From Octopus bimaculoides (Eukaryota): a stretch of DNA of 57,696 bases. The DNA lies in assembly GCF_001194135.2 (NCBI RefSeq), contig NC_068994.1:9707353-9765048 (forward strand), written 5' to 3'. Positions 53,474 to 57,696 of this stretch are shown in pieces. Numbering within the stretch: the stretch's first letter is position 1; the number at the start of each line of letters is the position of its first letter. The position numbers were made by a program, and so were the translations under genes. The notes beneath the pieces are model-generated. The model had not been told where the DNA came from and made no database searches. It saw only the letters and a program-made list of their open reading frames with translations.

Positions 53474-54395
53474 GGGGGAGAAAGGAAGAAGGAGTGGTTA
53501 CGAAAGAGAGAGAGGAAAAACTTGGGTGTGAGAGACAGAGAGAGGGAAAGAGACTTTATGGGAGAGTCACGTGGTGAAAACGTGAGAGCAATGTTGAGGG
53601 GGGTAGAAGAGAGTTTCATTTCGGCGAGAAGAGAATGAAAGCGAGAAAGAGAATGAGCAGNNNNNNNNNNNNNNNNNNNNNNNNNNNNNNNNNNNNNNNN
53701 NNNNNNNNNNNNNNNNNNNNNNNNNNNNNNNNNNNNNNNNNNNNNNNNNNNNNNNNNNNNNNNNNNNNNNNNNNNNNNNNNNNNNNNNNNNNNNNNNNNN
53801 NNNNNNNNNNNNNNNNNNNNNNNNNNNNNNNNNNNNNNNNNNNNNNNNNNNNNNNNNNNNNNNNNNNNNNNNNNNNNNNNNNNNNNNNNNNNNNNNNNNN
53901 NNNNNNNNNNNNNNNNNNNNNNNNNNNNNNNNNNNNNNNNNNNNNNNNNNNNNNNNNNNNNNNNNNNNNNNNNNNNNNNNNNNNNNNNNNNNNNNNNNNN
54001 NNNNNNNNNNNNNNNNNNNNNNNNNNNNNNNNNNNNNNNNNNNNNNNNNNNNNNNNNNNNNNNNNNNNNNNNNNNNNNNNNNNNNNNNNNNNNNNNNNNN
54101 NNNNNNNNNNNNNNNNNNNNNNNNNNNNNNNNNNNNNNNNNNNNNNNNNNNNNNNNNNNNNNNNNNNNNNNNNNNNNNNNNNNNNNNNNNNNNNNNNNNN
54201 NNNNNNNNNNNNNNNNNNNNNNNNNNNNNNNNNNNNNNNNNNNNNNNNNNNNNNNNNNNNNNNNNNNNNNNNNNNNNNNNNNNNNNNNNNNNNNNNNNNN
54301 NNNNNNNNNNNNNNNNNNNNNNNNNNNNNNNNNNNNNNNNNNNNNNNNNNNNNNNNNNNNNNNNNNNNNNNNNNNNNNNNNNATATATATATTGG

Positions 54396-54437
<42 letters not shown>

Positions 54438-55216
54438 CATCGTTTTTTACGTATATTTTTGTACATATGTCTTATATATTATATATGAACGACAATGTGT
54501 ATATGTGGGTATATGTATATACACACACATATATATGTGGTTAGCATGTACGTTTATGCATATGCATATATGCATGTATGCACAGATGTGCGTATGTATG
54601 TACGTTTTGTTACAACACGGAAACTCATATGCAGGTAACAAGACAAAACAACACAAGAGAGGGAGGTTAGACAGGTTAGACAGCTTTATGAAAATTGAAG
54701 AGTGAGAAATAAGGGATGTGTCGATGAGGTTTGATGAATAACCAAGTGCACAAAGGGTGAAACCAATACTAGATTAAAGGTGCCAAGAGGTACGCAGACA
54801 GAGAAAGAGAGAGGGCGTGTGTGTGTGTGTGTTTGTAGGGGTGGAGGAATACGGTGTTTGTGATTGCGAAAATGACTGAGAAATGTTGATAGTAGAAGAG
54901 AAATTGCGAGTGTAACTGAATGAATGAGAACGAGTGTCAAAGAGAGTAGCTGGAAAAAAAATACACATCGTCTAACAGACAACGAATTCGTGGAGAGTGA
55001 GAAAGACTAATGATAAAAACGCGTAATCGTACAAACACGTTGACACATAGATAGATAGATGGGAGAGAGAGTTGAGGGAGAGAGAGGGGGAGAGAGGGAG
55101 GGAGAGGGAGAGAGAGAGATAGATAGAAACAAAGAAAAATAGATTAATATATATATATATATATATCATCATAAATATACAGGGATTAGCAATTGAGTTG
55201 CTTCTCCAACATACTG

Positions 55217-55340
55217 AAAATTTAGAAATAGCAGTCAAAGAACTACTGATTCTATGTGTGCCATAAATATCGCCATCCGCTTTAGAGAAAAAATTTGTAG
55301 TTTAGAATCAGTAGTTCTTTGACTGCTATTTCTAAATTTT
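55217..55340. repeat. Perfect 38-bp inverted repeat with 48-nt spacer, ending at a gap
   Basis: 55217-55254 is the exact reverse complement of 55303-55340. Confidence 0.9.
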
Positions 55341-56294
55341 NNNNNNNNNNNNNNNNNNNNNNNNNNNNNNNNNNNNNNNNNNNNNNNNNNNNNNNNNNNN
55401 NNNNNNNNNNNNNNNNNNNNNNNNNNNNNNNNNNNNNNNNNNNNNNNNNNNNNNNNNNNNNNNNNNNNNNNNNNNNNNNNNNNNNNNNNNNNNNNNNNNN
55501 NNNNNNNNNNNNNNNNNNNNNNNNNNNNNNNNNNNNNNNNNNNNNNNNNNNNNNNNNNNNNNNNNNNNNNNNNNNNNNNNNNNNNNNNNNNNNNNNNNNN
55601 NNNNNNNNNNNNNNNNNNNNNNNNNNNNNNNNNNNNNNNNNNNNNNNNNNNNNNNNNNNNNNNNNNNNNNNNNNNNNNNNNNNNNNNNNNNNNNNNNNNN
55701 NNNNNNNNNNNNNNNNNNNNNNNNNNNNNNNNNNNNNNNNNNNNNNNNNNNNNNNNNNNNNNNNNNNNNNNNNNNNNNNNNNNNNNNNNNNNNNNNNNNN
55801 NNNNTATATATACGCATATATATATATATATGTATATATACCTATATATATGCATGTATATATAAATATATATATATCCCTATACACTCATATATATATA
55901 TATATATATTCATATATATACATACACACGCATATGTACTTAGACATACACTGCTCATATGTGTTCAAGCATTAACATGTCTCTTCGTGTTAATTTTCTG
56001 TTTTGTTTTTTGAGTTTTTTATGAATGATTCCTTATGTTTACATCTTATTTCTTGTTCTGTTTACTTGAAACAACAAAAGTATCAACAAAAAGCAATGTT
56101 GTCTTCATATATATAATATTTGAAAGAATAACTCTTTTCCTGCTGCCCATATATATATCTATATATATATATATATACATACACACACACACTATAACGA
56201 CTAGGTTACCGTATTCGGTGAATTTCATAGCTGCATTAGAAGTTTAGGTTAAACAGAAAAGCTATTTATTTAAATTTTATATGAAACACTGTCT

Positions 56295-56440
56295 TCAAAT
56301 TTTGGCACAAAGCTCGTAATTTTAGGGAGGCCGATCAGTCGATTCCATCGACCCTACTTTTTAACTGGTACTTATTGAATTGATTGTCGAATTCGAAGTT
56401 ATTGGAGTTCAGAAATCAAATTGACTTCAACAAATACGAA
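56295..56440 (-). mobile_element. Degenerate SINE
   Basis: ttcaaattttggcacaaag...gtcgattccatcgaccct...ctggtacttatt. Confidence 0.65.
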
Positions 56441-56515
56441 GAAGTATTGTATTCCATATTGCTGAAGCAGATTTGTCTTTACAGTCTATCAGAAAAACTC
56501 TCTACGTCCAAAAAT

Positions 56516-56725
56516 ACGAGGCAATGATGAAAAGTTCCTGAGTTTGGGTAAAAAGAAAATATAGGTGGATGAGTTATTAGATTTTACTCAACATATTCCC
56601 TTCTAAGATGCACACACTTATTGCAGCGGTCCTTCAGTTTTTCTAAGCCGTGTAAAAAAACAACTCGGTAGGTTGAGCCCCCAACCACGCATTTCACGAT
56701 GCTCTTAAAGCCAGGAACGTTTCAG
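56516..56725 (+). mobile_element. Non-autonomous mariner-type MITE (~210 bp), copy 2
   Basis: Begins tacgagg...tgaaaagttcctgagttt and ends aaagccaggaacgtttcag (imperfect TIRs); homologous to 3685-3897. Confidence 0.7.
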
Positions 56726-57650
56726 AAACCACTCATCAATCAAGTGTGCCTGTAAGCTAAGTGAAAATCACTCCGAACAACGTTGATTTGGTTTCCATCT
56801 GAAAGACCAGCATCTTAGAGATGTGTCTTCTACTACGGACAGTGATCGACAAAATTATTACGTGTGGAATTATAAGGTAGCTCATCGAATGCGCTACTGT
56901 CTTTCTTAGGTGATATTTCTAAAACATTCACGCGATTTAGTACTTAGGTGACGTTAGCGTAGTGTTGAATGTCGTTTATGGAAAACTTTCTAGTAAGATC
57001 TTCCCGCTGAAGAAAAAATTGTTAATAATCCTACTATCATTGTGGACAACTATGGAAATAATCAGGAAAGGGCTCTTCATGCTAAGATTAAACCATGAGA
57101 ACAAATTTCAATTCACTTTTCTCCAAAATTCACTCCATTTCGAGACATTATAATTTTAAATTATATAAATACATAAAAAATAAAATTGTCTAAAGATTTA
57201 TAGAGTAAACAATATATTTCTTGTCGCGGAGACAACAGATATGCAGAAAGATATATTTGGAGGGAAAAAAATATTGAAACGAAACAAATACTGTCTAAGA
57301 ATGATGTTCAAAACAAAGGAAACAATATGAAAAAAAAATTTTTTAATGCATATATGTTGCAAATTAAAGTAGGAATATAAATGGTCTCTCGACAAAAGTG
57401 TTAATTTAGATAACTATTAACATATATGTTGCTTACATGTATATAGATATAAATTTATGTATATACTCAAACATGTTTACACTCTGCTACACACACATAC
57501 ATACACATGCATACATACTTATATACAAATATATTTGTGTGTGTGTGTATGTCTGTGTCTGTGTGTACGTACAATATGAGTATGTGTGTACGTGAGTGAG
57601 TGGATATTAACATAACACCATATTTATATCAATTTATATACTACATGACA

Positions 57651-57696
<46 letters not shown>

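Overview
This is AT-rich eukaryotic draft-assembly DNA, dense in microsatellites, with about 21 N-gaps (roughly 7 kb by my count). The repeat content resembles coleoid cephalopod DNA, most likely Octopus. That is an inference from a recurring SINE family and the microsatellite load, not a database result. I recognise no known protein-coding gene, RNA gene or CRISPR array, and almost all long ORFs in the supplied track are microsatellite or N artefacts. The supportable features are transposon relics: about a dozen SINE fragments, an L1/Tx1-clade LINE 3' end (-), an R4/Dong-clade LINE 3' part with a restriction-like endonuclease motif (+), a mariner transposase fragment (-), a DD41D Tc1/mariner transposase fragment (+), two copies of a mariner-type MITE, a probable Helentron-associated element and probable Penelope remnants. 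The best leads are: (1) a candidate spliced small gene at 25.6-28.1 kb whose 79-aa ORF stops 2 nt before a second ATG; (2) an inverted pair of coding-like Cys-rich segments at 45-46 kb; (3) four long hairpins, two of them next to gaps and possibly artefacts; (4) two unusual LINE-SINE junctions. I cannot support a claim of a new biological system from this sequence alone.
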